From positions 1,364,001 through 1,428,000 of the forward strand of contig MU006091.1 in assembly GCA_010093705.1 (NCBI GenBank): a DNA stretch of 64,000 nucleotides, written 5' to 3'. A model generated the notes under the pieces. That model saw only the letters and a list, made by a program, of their open reading frames with translations. It was not told the origin of the DNA and searched no databases. Made by a program: the position numbers and the translations under genes. Below, one piece after another: positions 51,540-64,000 of this stretch; position 1 is the first letter of the stretch; the number at the start of each line of letters is the position of its first letter. The stretch is from Patellaria atrata CBS 101060 (taxonomy: Eukaryota).

Positions 51540-53087
51540 ATGAGCATGGCCCGCTCCGGAAATTTACCGCTGCCACGACACGATATAATGTATCACCAAA
51601 CAGGCTCTTTACTTCCACCAGATGGAGGAAATCCTCCGACTGGGAGCTCTAAGAGTTATAGCACAAGTCCGATGCAACCGACGTGGTTTGGTCATTTGCT
51701 GACTGCTAAAGATGCCTTGATCATACTGGAAGCCTGTTTACAAGGCAAGTTGCAACATTGTCCTCGACGGCCCCACGACCGGGAGAGGCCAAACCTGATC
51801 AAGAGTGGAGCTGTATTCATCTATGAGGAAAATGCATCTGGTATTAAAAGATGGACCGACGGCCTGAATTGGAGCCCGAGCAGGATCATGGGGAATTACT
51901 TAGTCTATCGTGAATTGAAAGAACCATTCGCCCCTGGAGAAAAGAAACGCGCCTCGAAAAAGAAAACCAGCTCCTCGGGCGATGACAGAACGCTCAACGG
52001 TGGAATCGACTCAAGCGGTTCGCACAACGCGTCACAATATATCGATGAGGATGAGCGTAGGCTGTTTGGCTCTCTTATTGACTCATATCCGTTCAAAGAA
52101 GATGGACTTATGAAGAAGACTATTACCCTCAAGTACAGGAACATAATACATCATGTCGTCAGTTACTATGATCCTAGAGATCTTAGAGGAGACAAAACCT
52201 TATTCAGACCCCTTAATCATCCCGACTTTCAAGGCATTACTGTTCGCCCTGAACTAGAGCATTGTCAGAAATTCAAAGTTCCAATTCCTGAGAACGATGA
52301 TTATCCTGCATTGTCCTATGCTATGATACCTCAGCAGCCCATGACTTCTATTTACGGCATGCCAATGAATAGTCTACCCGCACTGAATGATGGATATAGC
52401 CAGACGCAGCAAACATATCAAGTACAGCAACAATCGGAACAGGCCCAATCACCTTTCCAACTTTCCGCCCCTCAGACCTTCCATACTCAACAGCTCGCAG
52501 TCCGTACGAGCGGTCATGGAAATATTCAAACAGGCTATGATATTGATCAACGCGGTAGCCCGGAGAGTACCATTACTCGCAACAATTCAAGCACACAATT
52601 AGTACATTCACTGTCACATCAAACCTCGCAGAATTTCGATTCCTTTCAACCATCATACCAATACGCTATCCCGTATCAAAGCCAACTTCAAGACGAGAGT
52701 CTTCCTGACAGGCAGAGAGCGCAAAGTCTACCGCAACATCATACAAGCAATCAACAGTATCCAATTTATCAGGAACTACCTTCATATCAACCAACTAGGA
52801 GTGCAAGCTTCGCTCATATTTCTCAATCTGAAACACCCCAATATCACGTCACACATCACAATAACCCATATACTCCTAGTAACCTCACTTTAGCAACGCA
52901 CATGACCACTGAAGTCGCAGGAGAAGGCAGCGATTGGCATAATCCGTCTCCAGCTGTCTCTACACATCTCACGCCGATCCAACAGCATGGAGGTCAAACC
53001 ATTCAGCATCAGGGGCATGATTGGTCTCAGTATCAGATCAACCCCTCCACGACATCTCTTAACAACCAGAATTACATGCAATTCTAA
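51540..53087 (+). CDS. WOPR (Gti1/Pac2) family transcription factor, Wor1/Ryp1/Sge1 clade
   Basis: PTWFGHLLTAKDALIILEACL...RRPHDRER...SGAVFIY...GIKRWTDG..WSPSR, PGEKKRA NLS-like motif, GSLIDSYPFKEDGLMKKTI and HHVVSYY, followed by a Q/S/H-rich tail. Exact start ATG uncertain. Confidence 0.92.
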   Translation: MSMARSGNLPLPRHDIMYHQTGSLLPPDGGNPPTGSSKSYSTSPMQPTWFGHLLTAKDALIILEACLQGKLQHCPRRPHDRERPNLIKSGAVFIYEENASGIKRWTDGLNWSPSRIMGNYLVYRELKEPFAPGEKKRASKKKTSSSGDDRTLNGGIDSSGSHNASQYIDEDERRLFGSLIDSYPFKEDGLMKKTITLKYRNIIHHVVSYYDPRDLRGDKTLFRPLNHPDFQGITVRPELEHCQKFKVPIPENDDYPALSYAMIPQQPMTSIYGMPMNSLPALNDGYSQTQQTYQVQQQSEQAQSPFQLSAPQTFHTQQLAVRTSGHGNIQTGYDIDQRGSPESTITRNNSSTQLVHSLSHQTSQNFDSFQPSYQYAIPYQSQLQDESLPDRQRAQSLPQHHTSNQQYPIYQELPSYQPTRSASFAHISQSETPQYHVTHHNNPYTPSNLTLATHMTTEVAGEGSDWHNPSPAVSTHLTPIQQHGGQTIQHQGHDWSQYQINPSTTSLNNQNYMQF

Positions 53088-54008
53088 GCTACATCTGTGG
53101 CCTAGGTAGCATTCTATTATGATATAACCTTTCTAAAAAGTGCTCATATCATCTTCACACTAATTCTTCCTTACTCTAATGTTCATATTCAAAAGCTGCT
53201 AATACTTTGCACGACGTCACGCATCTCATCATGTTTTAGCTTTTTTTTTGTCTGCTAAAAGGCGGTAGCAGTTGACGTGTAATATTCATGACGATGGAAT
53301 GGATCTATGAGCATAGGCGTGTGGTGTTTTTCTTTTTCTTTTTTTTTTTTCTCTCAATTCTCGTTTTTTCCGCTTTGGATTTTGTGGATGTCCTGTGGGC
53401 TCAATACGCGGTAATTTATGGGGCGAATCTTAGATGTCACAAATACTTTTGAATTCGTGAGAGGTTCTTCTCTTTTTTTGCTATGGGGCGGCTTAAGTCA
53501 CCGTTTTTCATCGCGATCGCATATCAGTTTCTTCTACAGGGCAAAAATCGTTGGAGGCATTGTTAGCGATAGATGGTCATCAAAGGCGAGTGGATCTCGG
53601 GGTATTCCACCAAATCGGCTGCAAATCGTTGCTTCCATGCGAAATACCTATTCTGCTTTGATGTTTATTCCACGCTTTACCGTGTATATAGTAGTTGTAC
53701 GGTCGCCTTTCAAGGAAGACTAAAAATTCAGAAGACAATCCAATATGGACATCAATGGACATTCGAAATTTATATTCTCCCCATTATAGATTCTGATATC
53801 TAGGCGAATTAAGTATTTCATCGAAGGTGTCTATCAGTTCTATAATTGCTCAGCCAAAATCATCTTTCAATTAAAGCTTAGGTCACGTGTGCGCCCCCTT
53901 CCTTCCTTCCCCCCAATAAGTTGCGACCACCTCCCCCGATGATCTGACGTCCTCTTTCTCACACATAAAAAAATTCTAACTACATAAACCTTCAACAACC
54001 ATTATGCG

Positions 54009-55780
54009 ATGGCTAAGGCACAGTTGAGACTTCCGACTATTTGGCGGTCATCTCCATCCTGCTTAGCTACCAGTTCCCGCCGAATTCCGAGCTTACTAGA
54101 CCACCAACGGCTGCAACAACTATGCTTTTCATCTCGACGATGCATCTACCTCGCCGTACACTCGAATACTTACTGCAAGACACTGGGGTTACTATCTCGT
54201 AATTGCAAGTTTTCAACAGATAGAAACCTAAATTACTAGTGGGTCTATGATCTTTAAGCTGCATGCAATAACCTCCTGAAGCTTTGGTAGCCTTCAAAAT
54301 CGAGCTTTTGCCTCATCGCGGTCATGGCATGCAGAAAACCATACAGGCAAAGGGCCCGCAAGAGATGAGAATTCGCAGGTAGATTGCATTCTATTGTTCC
54401 ATTCCGTTTCTTCTCCTCTTCGTTTACCAAATGCATTGCTTTTGCCAATTTTGGCCTTCAGCCTTTGTACTGTACACCGACGTCATCTGCATCAGGAATA
54501 TCTCTTTCCGCCATATTTCCGTTATTTTGCAGACATCACGCCCTTCTCACATGTGTGTCCCAAATATACTCTGAAACATAAACTTTCATTTGTTTGTATA
54601 ATGCCAACACTCGGTTATCATGCAGTAGTCGCCTTTGGTTCCACTCCCATATTTCTCAGCCCATGATCTTTGCATGTGCTTCCGGGACCCCTTCTCGAAG
54701 ATGATCAGCACAGCTGTCAAACTTTTGGCTGTTTGCTGCAAAGTTATTTCCAACTCAGATAGGAATCGACACTACTGGATACTGTTTCCCTTTTCAGCAC
54801 AGACATCAATTTATCCCACTGACTCCAGCCTCGATTTATCCCGTTACCCCCAACTCCCACCCAATTTCCTGAGAATTCATCATCCCACAACTTACAAGTA
54901 CCAAACTAACTGTATCAAGCATCTCTCTCAGGCTCCCCCCAAGCGTTCCCTCCGTGCTCGTCTCTCCACCCTTAATGCCCACGAAAACATCTACAACATC
55001 CCAAACCTCCTCACCTTTTCCCGCCTCCTTGCCGCACCCGCAGTCGGTTATCTCATCCTACACGACCAACATGTGGCTGCAGTCTCCCTCTTTGCCTACG
55101 CCGGCATCACCGACCTTATTGACGGCTGGATGGCCCGAAAGTACCACTTGCAGACTGTCGTCGGTTCCGTCGTCGACCCCATGGCCGATAAAATTCTCAT
55201 GACCGTTGTCGTTGGTTGTCTTGCGGTCCAGGGAACTCTACCGCTTTGGATTGCTACTATGATTTTTGGGAGAGATGCGAGTTTAGCAATTGCGGCGATT
55301 TATTATCGATATACGAGTTTGCCGGAGCCAAAGACCTTAGCTAGGTATTGGGACTTCTCCCTCCCAAGTGCTGAAGTGCATCCAACCACTGTCTCAAAGT
55401 TGAATACATTTCTTCAACTGGGCTTAATCGGGTCGACACTTACGCTTCCCATCTTTCTTCAAAGCCCTGACTTAGTATCGAACTTGGGTCTGAACGTGCT
55501 TGACACGGTTGGTGGGATCGAAGGATTGGTTAAAGGATTGCAGTACGTAGTCGCTAGCACCACAGCATGGAGTGGTCTTAGCTACGTGTGGACAAATAAC
55601 GCTGTTACGATTCTAGGAGATGATGAAGCGTTGAAGAGAAAGCAGGGAGTCAGAGGTAGAGCTATCATTGGGGTTGTGTATGGTGCTGTACTAGCCACAG
55701 CAGGGTGGCTCTACTGGAGGGAGGATGCTGTTGGACTTGACGATGTAGAGGAGCTCGAGAAGAGAATTAAGGCGATGTAG
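54009..55780 (+). CDS. CRD1: Cardiolipin synthase (CDP-alcohol phosphatidyltransferase)
   Basis: HENIYNIPNLLTFSRL, TDLIDGWMAR...GSVVDPMADK, RYWDFSLPSAEVHPT and SKLNTFLQL. A presequence-like exon from 54009 probably splices to about 54920, so the 5' structure is uncertain. Confidence 0.85.
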
Positions 55781-57609
55781 AAAGTATATTACATGCTCTC
55801 CTGAGAAGGTTTGTATAATAGTACGTACAGTCCGTCAGAAAAGTATTGAAGATGGACCGAGATAAATATTCTTTTTCCCCAAATGTTACGCCAAGAAGCT
55901 TTGAGGGTTACGGTGAGCAACATTACCTGATGGACCTCTGAGCTACAAACGACGGGTGTCTCCTAATCAACAAACGTCGGCTGATCATAAAATTTGGTCT
56001 CACTAAGCTAGTCCTAAACCGATTCTTCCTTTCAGTAGGCGCCTCTACAATCAACAATTTCGTCACGGAACAAAACATGTCTCGCACGCATCCATAAACA
56101 CATTTCTTTTCAATATCCCCCACGGCTTCATCATCTCTATCAATTCAAACAAGCCGCTAGACAGCAGAAGTCTCAAAGAATGCTACTGCGGTTGTTGATT
56201 CTTCGCTTCTTGACTGAAGTGGCCAGAAACTCACCTGTTCTAAGTTGCTGAGTGGATGGTGGCTAACTTCACGCGTTTTTCATACCAAATGGAATCTCGC
56301 GACGAAGGTCTTTCAGCGTCGACTTCGCATCTTCAATCTGGCCACAGTTACATAAACAGTCGCTAAGAAAGGGTTTTTTCGAAGCTCTTCGCTTTTACAT
56401 CACTTCGTTCTTCCTCAGGCGCGCTGTAACTACCCCTTAAACAGATCACACTACATCTCCAAAGTCGATGGTAACAGGATCACCGATTACAGTTCATAAA
56501 ACCGCGTCTAAGCTTTCCAAGAGAGTCCAGAATTTCATCTCTGCAGAAATGTTGGCTGCTCTAAGAATACTTGCACGAAATAAAACTGTGAAGGAAACTG
56601 AAAAGTTCACTGACTTCTCTTTTGTAGACAAACACTTTGAACCGACAATCACTTCCACAACTCAACCTCGAGAAACATCCAAACCGTTCAAGATGAAGTA
56701 CTCTCTTACAAAACAGTTAATCAGGACAACTTTAGCTCTCTGAGCCTGCTACATCCTTCTAACATTTGCGAAACCCGCTTTCAGCCTATGTGAGCAAATC
56801 GATCAACGGTCTAATGAGTCCCATGTACACCCAGCGGAGTGTACAAGCCACAATGCTCCCGATGGACGGCAGTTGGCCCAAGGTCTTGATAGATGCCTGT
56901 GCCTTCAGCTTCACCTATGGGTATACTTACCAGTAGCAGGGGAATGTTTCGAACCAGCACCCAACCACCAAGGCTTGCATGCAACTGTCACACATCTCTT
57001 TTTCTTGCACACCTAATGTGGACCCTGCTCTTTTTTGACCGGCCACTCAGCAGCACCAAGATGTTCAAAGTCAGCACTGTCGACTGTCCGGTCAGTTACA
57101 TTTACGAACCCACAATTCAAAACGGTAGCCTTGGACAATTCAGCAACAGGCACCTATCTAACGTCTGATATCTGGACAAGTTTAGCAACATCCGACAATT
57201 CCACGTCCGGCGGTTGGAAAGGTCTAACAACAACCACCTGTTCCATACGGCTGTGCAGTCAAACGCAACCAGAAGCACCTATACTCAACGGAAATTGAAA
57301 CACGGGCATTTGACATTTAGCAGAGGATCGAAGATAACACTAGAGGATATGAGGACAGTTCATCCCATTACGCATTTTTACTCCCTTGTAAATACGCACT
57401 CTGTTGATTCGAGCGACAAATCTCTTCCGGTCACATCGCATGGCCATAAAGATAACCTTTTCCCACATATCGATGGAATATTTCTGCTCAAGAACATGTT
57501 GAGAGTTTACATAGCCAGAGATACACCGAAATCCGGGCCTTACACTTCACTATGGTCTTGATTTAATGGCTATTGAGATCAAACTGCACCATACTACCGA
57601 TGCGATAAA

Positions 57610-58295
57610 CAAGCATCCACACCGGTCAGAATATTACTCTGAAACATCCTGGCCGGGCTGTTGACGTTGAAGAAGACTTCGCCCGTGTTCTTCTGCGAAT
57701 GGACGAACACTCTACTTTTCGGGCACATCAACATGCATTGCCCTCCTACAGAGACTCAATTTCGCCGTACGCTAGAATTCTTGACTGGGATCCTCTTTCA
57801 GAGAGCACTAACGCGATCAACAGGCGTCTACACCGGTCAGGATATTACCTTGAAATATCCTGACCGGACCGCTGGCCGCACGCTTGAAATCTTGACGGGG
57901 ACCCTCCTCCACCAACCCAACCAACAAGCATGCACACGGTTAGAATATTACGTGAAACACCCTGACCGGGCCGTTGACTGCACGCTTGAAATCTTGACTG
58001 GGACCCACCTCCAGAGACCACAGACGCGACTAATAAGTATTTCTACCGGGTAGGATACTACCTTGAAATATCCTGACAGGGCCGTTAACGTTTCGCTCGT
58101 GTTATTCGCCGCACGCTCGAAATCTTGACTGGGACCCTCCTCTAGAGACCACAGATGCGACTTACGAGCATCTCCACCGGTCAGTATACTACCTTGAAAT
58201 ATTCTGACCGGGGCATTTGACGTTTCGCTGTGTTCTTCTGCGAATGGCGAATCTGGAGGGTTGACTGATAAATGAACTTTTCCTGCGAATGGAGA
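57610..58295. repeat. Imperfect tandem array of five 100-210 bp units, each carrying a 14-bp-arm inverted repeat
   Basis: Hairpin cores begin at 57622, 57833, about 57936, 58046 and 58177. The best copy is CCGGTCAGGATATT-ACCTTGA-AATATCCTGACCGG (57833-57867). Linkers share CACGCTTGAAATCTTGACTGGGACCC. Confidence 0.85.
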
Positions 58296-59345
58296 GCTTC
58301 CATGTGCTGGCTGTGAAAGCCGATTAGAGGATGTTTGGCGTTCATACCATTGGGCGTCCAGAAACTCCACCACAGAATCCATCTAGAACTCTTTTCGAAA
58401 TGAGATATAAGTAAGGCCCTGAGTCGGTGGTGTTCTTCGCTACGGAGTGTACGAGTTTGTGACAGTCTCTGGCTATGCGATTGCACGATGACAACAAAGA
58501 TTGGGACTTTCGACTCCCTCGGATGGAACGCGTACCATATCGTTACAGACGCGGATAACGTGGAGGATGTTGGTGTGGATGCTATTCGGTGCAGGAAATC
58601 AGAAATTCGGCTATTACTTACGCCACTTCTTTCTACAAAACTGCATGATGGTCGAGACGGATGAAGTCGAAGTTGGTGTGGTGGACTACCAAGCGAATTG
58701 GTATCAGGGTCGAGATCAGGAGTTGTGTCAGTATGTGTCGGTATATTGATATACCGGAAGGCTGGTCAACCATGATGGAGGTGGAGTTGGACAGAACAAA
58801 TGGACTAGGGTTAGTTCTGAGATAGGGGAATGGGAATGGGATTAGATAGCACGGGCACCGCACATCATAGTTGACAATCAATAAATCACTTTTATTTACA
58901 GTTACATTACCTTATCTCCTCCCTCACTTTGTCATCATGCATTGAACAACAGAACAAACAACTCACCCCCTTCCCTCTTTTCCCCAAACTTTTCTGAACT
59001 CAAAACACGTCAAGATCATGGAAAACAGATTCATAACCCCCGCACCCCCTTTTCTGAGACATCCCGAGGTTGGAGGGTACAGTAGAGTATATCCCCAATA
59101 ATAATATCATGAAATGGGTATAAACTGAGGATATCACACCTCGATAAGGTAAGATACAATGATTAGGTTATAATTCGCCGGTGACTAGCAAGCAAGGAGA
59201 AGAAAGTACAGGGGCAAGAGATTGTGATGGGGATTTGCGGTGTACGTTTATATGATTTGACTATCGAGCATTGACTCTGGAGCATCGAGCATGGTTGCCA
59301 GGGCAACGACAACCGAAAGGGGAAGTCAACAAAGAGCAAACAAGC

Positions 59346-59376
59346 AAAAAAAAAAAAAAAAAGAAAAAAAAAAAAA
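59346..59376. repeat. Poly(A) tract (poly-U on the ARB1 sense strand, probably 3' UTR)
   Basis: About 30 A residues interrupted by one G. Confidence 0.85.
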
Positions 59377-59955
59377 CAGTTCACTATATATATCAATCAA
59401 TCAATTACTCCCGCACAGCCCGGATATTTCCCCATTTCCTTTTCCTACTCCCCCACTTGTTCCCCTACTCCCCGAACCAACAAGTCGGACAGGATAAGAT
59501 GGGAGACAGAAACGGCGTACACGAGCCGGAAAGGAAAAATGGGGAGGCCAGAAGGGGGCGTTCAAGCTGAGTGGTAGTAGAATGACAAAAGATGCAAGCT
59601 TAGACAGACGGGGTTAGTCTGCCAAACCAAAAGCAAATACTAATCCATAAGCATACTTCATCAGTGTGCTCTTATATTTCATTTTAAGGGCTATATAGAT
59701 TCTACCCTTCTATACTTTCATTTTCGTCTAAGAATACCGACATGCCCATCCCAATCCATTCCAAATGCCCAAATTAACTCCCTCCTTTCCTTTCCTTTCC
59801 TTCCCTCTTCCACCCCTCTTCAATCCCCATCCATGTCTCGCACAGACATTATATCATCGATCCCACAAATCACTTAGCCACCATACCCATCACCGTCTTC
59901 TTCATGGCCTCTTTTCTAGGTATGAGGGCGGAAGAGGGTACGCAGATTATCAGTC

Positions 59956-61959
59956 TCACACGGCACCCATACTCAACATCTTCTTCCTCAGATGATTCTT
60001 ATACTCGCCGATACTCCCATCCCACCTCCTGACAGTCCTATTCTCACAGACCATGATATCCTTGGCGATCTTATCGAGCAGCCTACAATTCACATTAGCC
60101 CCATATCTGAAAACCCAACCTCTCTCAAGAAAAAGAAAACAACACGACTCACCTAAAATCATGGCTCACAACCACCACCCCCCCCGAAAACGCATTAATA
60201 GCATCCGCCAAACTATCAATCGTGGGAATATCCAACCCGTTCGTCGGCTCATCCAACAAAATCATATTCGGCCCCTCGATGGCAAGCAACGCAAACACGA
60301 TACGGGACTTCTGCCCCTCCGACAACGTCCCCATGAGCGCCGTCTGCGAATCGCCCGAGAGTCCGTACCGACCCAGCTGCTGGCGCCAATACTGGTAATC
60401 CTGGGAGGTGGAGGCGTACTTGTCGCGGACGAAGTCGAGCGCCGATTTCGTGAGGTCGAGCTGCTCGGCCGAGTGCTGCGAGTACATGCCGAGCTTGAGA
60501 TGGGTGTGGCGGGAGACGGAGCCGGATGTGGGGCTGAGTTTGCCCGTGAAGATGCGCAGGAGGGTGGATTTGCCGACACCGTTGGGGCCGACGAGTGCGG
60601 TTCGGGAATCCATGTCGACGCCGAAATCTAAATTCTCGTAGAGGTTGTCTTCCGGCTTGCCGGAGTAGGAGAACGTGACATCGTCGAGCGACAGCACGGG
60701 TGGGGGAAGCTTCTCAACATCAGCGAAGCGGAAGGTGAAGACGCGGTCTTGATGCACGGGCTGGATGAAACCCTCGGCCTCCATCTTATCGAGGATCTTT
60801 TGGCGGGATTTGGCTTGTCGGACAAGATTGGCATAGGTACCGGCGGACGCGATGAATTTCTTGATGTGCTTGATTTCTTCCTGTTGCTTCTCGTATGCCT
60901 TCATCTGATTGACTTCCTGTTCGGTCCTGGTCTTCATATAGGCGTCATAGTTACCACCGTAGTATAGAAGTTGCTTCATGCGCATGTCAATCATGTTCGT
61001 GCAGACGCCATTGAGGAAATCCATAGAGTGAGACACGAGGATGAGGGTGCGGTCCCATTTCTTTAAATACTCTTCCAGCCACACACAAGCTTCGAGATCT
61101 AAATGTGCGGTTGGGTCATCGAGCAACAGAAGAGAGGGTTTGACGAATAGAGCCTTTGCTAGTGCTACACGCATCCTCCAACCACCAGACATGTCTTTGG
61201 TCTTCTTATGGATAGTTTTCTTATTGAAGCCAAGACCGGTAAGAATGAGCGAAGCACGAGTCTGGAAAGTCGACGGATCCATATTTTCTATACGCTATAA
61301 TCCGGTTAGCACTGTCCAACTCAAACATCCGGATCCCAACATACCTCATATAACTCATCAAGCAACGGACTATCCGGCCCCTCATTCTCCAAAATATCCT
61401 CAGCCAACTTCTCCAACCTCGCCATCTCGTTCTCCGCCTCCTTGACGACCCACTCCAGCGCACCCAAATCCGTGATCGGCGCCCCCTCATTGAGTAAATA
61501 GATATCGACGTGTTCCGGGAACGGAAACTCCCTCTTATCGATCGCCTTCAGCAGGGTCGACTTGCCACACCCGTTCTCACCGAGGAGACCATACCGTCTC
61601 CCGTAATTGACCTCGATGGTCGTATCGTTAAACAGGACCTTGCCATGGAAGACGAGCGACGCAGAGGTGATCTTGACATCGCGGGATGCTTCCAACGAGG
61701 CCAGCACACCCGTTGTGACCCGATCCGACAAGCCATGTGCATCCTCCTGCAGTGTGAGCTTCTTGACCTTATCACTGACGCCCGCATCGAAGTCCTCGTC
61801 TCCATCGAGCATGGGTGATTCGTCACCGTTCACCGACGAGGCTTTGGACGCATTCTTGGAAGCGGCTCTGGAGGTGACTTTGGAGGCGGCGGTCTTCTTA
61901 GGCTCTTTTCCCGATTCGGCACGTTTGGCCTGGCGGGCAGCTTTAGATGCCGAAACCAT
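59956..61959 (-). CDS. ARB1: ABC-F ATPase Arb1/ABCF2
   Basis: Two ATP-binding cassettes ([49 protein letters not shown]) and no transmembrane domain. Two introns. Confidence 0.94.
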
Positions 61960-62924
61960 GATTGGGGAAGTTTGAGATGGGAAGGTTTGTGTGTTAAGAT
62001 GGAGTCGGAGAAATTTCAAACTTCTGTCTCAACGTTAAGGAATTCCTTGTGGTGGGGCTGGTGCTGATGCCTATCGATAAAAGATAGAAACGCACAGGCC
62101 ACGAATAAAAATGAAGATGTCTGAAAGAACAGAATTGAGGGGGAGAGGAAGGAAGTATAAAGGAATATACTTGAAAAGATACAAACAGATTTTTGGTGTC
62201 TTTCACAGTGGAAACACTCTGAAGGTATTTTGCGAGAGGTTTGACAATCCTTTTGTTTTTTTTTTTTTTGTTTTCTGGACTTGCCCACCGCCCAATTTTC
62301 GGCAAACTCGGACCTTAATAGTGACGCAAACAGACCAATCACAATTATTCTATTGTCCATGTCTATCATATTCTGATAATTCTGTATACCTCTCCCTAAT
62401 CGAAACCTTTCCGTCATCCCATACCTCTTATTTCCAACAATTGCCAGCAGTCGACGATATACGCACTCTGAACCTTGTATGGAGCCATCTATACCACTCC
62501 ACCATCCCCGGTACACTCAGTCTAGCGAGTTCGGAATGCTCAGCAATCACAAGTCAGAGATGAAGTATCTGTGCAAAATAATCACCAAATACCCAATTTA
62601 ATATACAGATGCGCATGATATTTTAGCTCGGCTATCTATTCTATTCCACAAGACAGTCCAGCCCAGATTTTGCCCAAAAGTTCCAAAGTAATCGTACAGT
62701 GCATCTAAAGGGGGAGGGATATATGAGGAAGTGAAACCACCATGATGACCTTTTGATCAACCTTTCTCCACCGATATGAGAAATTATTCCAGATCCAGAT
62801 GCTGATGCAAAGACCCCAAGAATAAATGATGATATCCAGGTCCAAACCAGCCAATAATGCCCGTGTCAATCTCAGGCAAAAACCCTATCAATCCCCAGCC
62901 ACCATTTTCAAACCATTCACCCAC

Positions 62925-64000
62925 CTAATCCAACAAACTGGCTCCGAGACCGCTGGTGTCAATCTCATCCATCGGCTCCGCCGTCCCATTATTCTCGTCT
63001 CCATTTTCAATATCCACAAGAATACCCTGCAACTTTGCCTTCCTCGCCGCAATCTTCTCCATGACGGCGCTCTCCCCAACAATTGTTTCCTCAACGGCGG
63101 CCTTACGGGCAAAAGCCGTCTTCCACTTCTCTCCCCAAACCCTGATCAACATGCCATCTTCCTGGCTCAAATCTCCGCTCGCAATCGCCTCCATCGCACC
63201 GTCATTAACGCCTTGGGCAACTCCGTTCATCGCGTCATCGATGACAGAAAAGAGTTCCCGCTGGGCGTCGCGCTCGCGAACCAAGGTTTCCTCGAGCATT
63301 TGCATCTGATCATGCGGGAGGTCGTTTTCCAGTCTGGCAGCGACGATCTGGCGAACGCGGTTCGTGACTTTGCGCACCGTGCCGCCAACCATGTCATAGA
63401 GCCAGTTTTCGGCGAGGATAGAGCCCGTACCGAGACGGTCACCGACCGCCCACTGAATGATGCTCATTGGCGTAAGGATCGTGTAATTAAGAAGCTTATC
63501 AACAAGGTTAACCGCAGTGCCAGGGTGATCTGTCCAGTAATCGACCACAGAACCAATTATTTGGCGACGTGCGGCTTCGGATGACGGGCCTATGGCTAGG
63601 AGGCGATCTTTGCTACGGTCAATGTTAGAAAGGACATGAGAGAGCGACTTGGAACCAATGAAGCACAAGCAGGTAATGTAAGCATCGGTAGAAGGAATGA
63701 GAACATCGGTGACGCCATGCTCAGCTGCTTGAGTCTGGATGGAGGCGATAACCTCTTGGATTTCTTCATCGGTTGCCTTCTTACGGAGAAGGCTTAGAAG
63801 TTGACGACCCTCGGTGGCATAAGGTGTGGCTATACCATTATTAGCTTGATATTGCGGAAAGGGTTACTAAAGTTTTCAAACAACTTACCATCATCGGCGT
63901 ATTTAAAGTCTGGCGTGTCCTTCTCCTTACTCACAGAGATGAGGTGATGATATTCCGGGGGAAGAGTTTCGCGGATACGCTTTGCAAAACTCAATCGAAT
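62925..64000 (-). CDS. STO1: Nuclear cap-binding complex large subunit (CBP80/NCBP1), 3' part only
   Basis: IRLSFAKRIRETLP, PDFKY, CFIGSKSLSHVLS and NLVDKLLNYTIL.P are MIF4G-like CBP80 signatures. One intron at about 63831-63888. Confidence 0.87.

Noticed and set aside
56694..57015. Signal-peptide-like frame MKYSLTKQLIRTTLAL*ACYILLTFAKPAFSLC... interrupted by TGA
   Set aside because: No recognisable family, and it cannot be told apart from chance without a homology search.
57610..58295. CRISPR array interpretation of the hairpin repeats
   Set aside because: Eukaryotic context, no cas genes, irregular period, and spacers homologous to each other.
58804..58813. CTAACCCTA on the minus strand as a telomerase RNA template ahead of a 2-kb non-coding region
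   Set aside because: No template-boundary helix, pseudoknot or P6.1 element could be identified. It also reads as a branch point plus acceptor or a telobox. An Infernal search would settle it.

Overview
Intron-rich eukaryotic DNA from a filamentous ascomycete (Pezizomycotina, inferred from short GT-AG introns with CTAAC/CTGAC branch points and from the gene families). I read 19 intact protein-coding genes plus one pseudogene. Most are conserved housekeeping genes: NTA1, COQ8, RPF1, GRS1, GCN2, a Cut12-domain gene, AMPK beta (GAL83), MTO1, RIM1, CRD1, ARB1 and CBC1/STO1. Between GAL83 and MTO1 lies an accessory-looking block (about 28.1-36.3 kb) holding a decayed esterase and a head-to-head pair of a membrane-anchored HET/TIR-like protein and a fungal-specific kinase. 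A Wor1/Ryp1/Sge1-type WOPR transcription factor sits behind an 11.6-kb gene-free region with 5'-leader introns and clustered TACAGTA motifs. Unexplained non-coding structure includes a nested hairpin in a GAL83 intron, a hairpin-dense 1.3-kb spacer after GRS1, and a five-unit tandem array of hairpin-bearing repeats at 57.6-58.3 kb. I saw no tRNA, rRNA, CRISPR array or intact transposon. Exon boundaries were read by eye.
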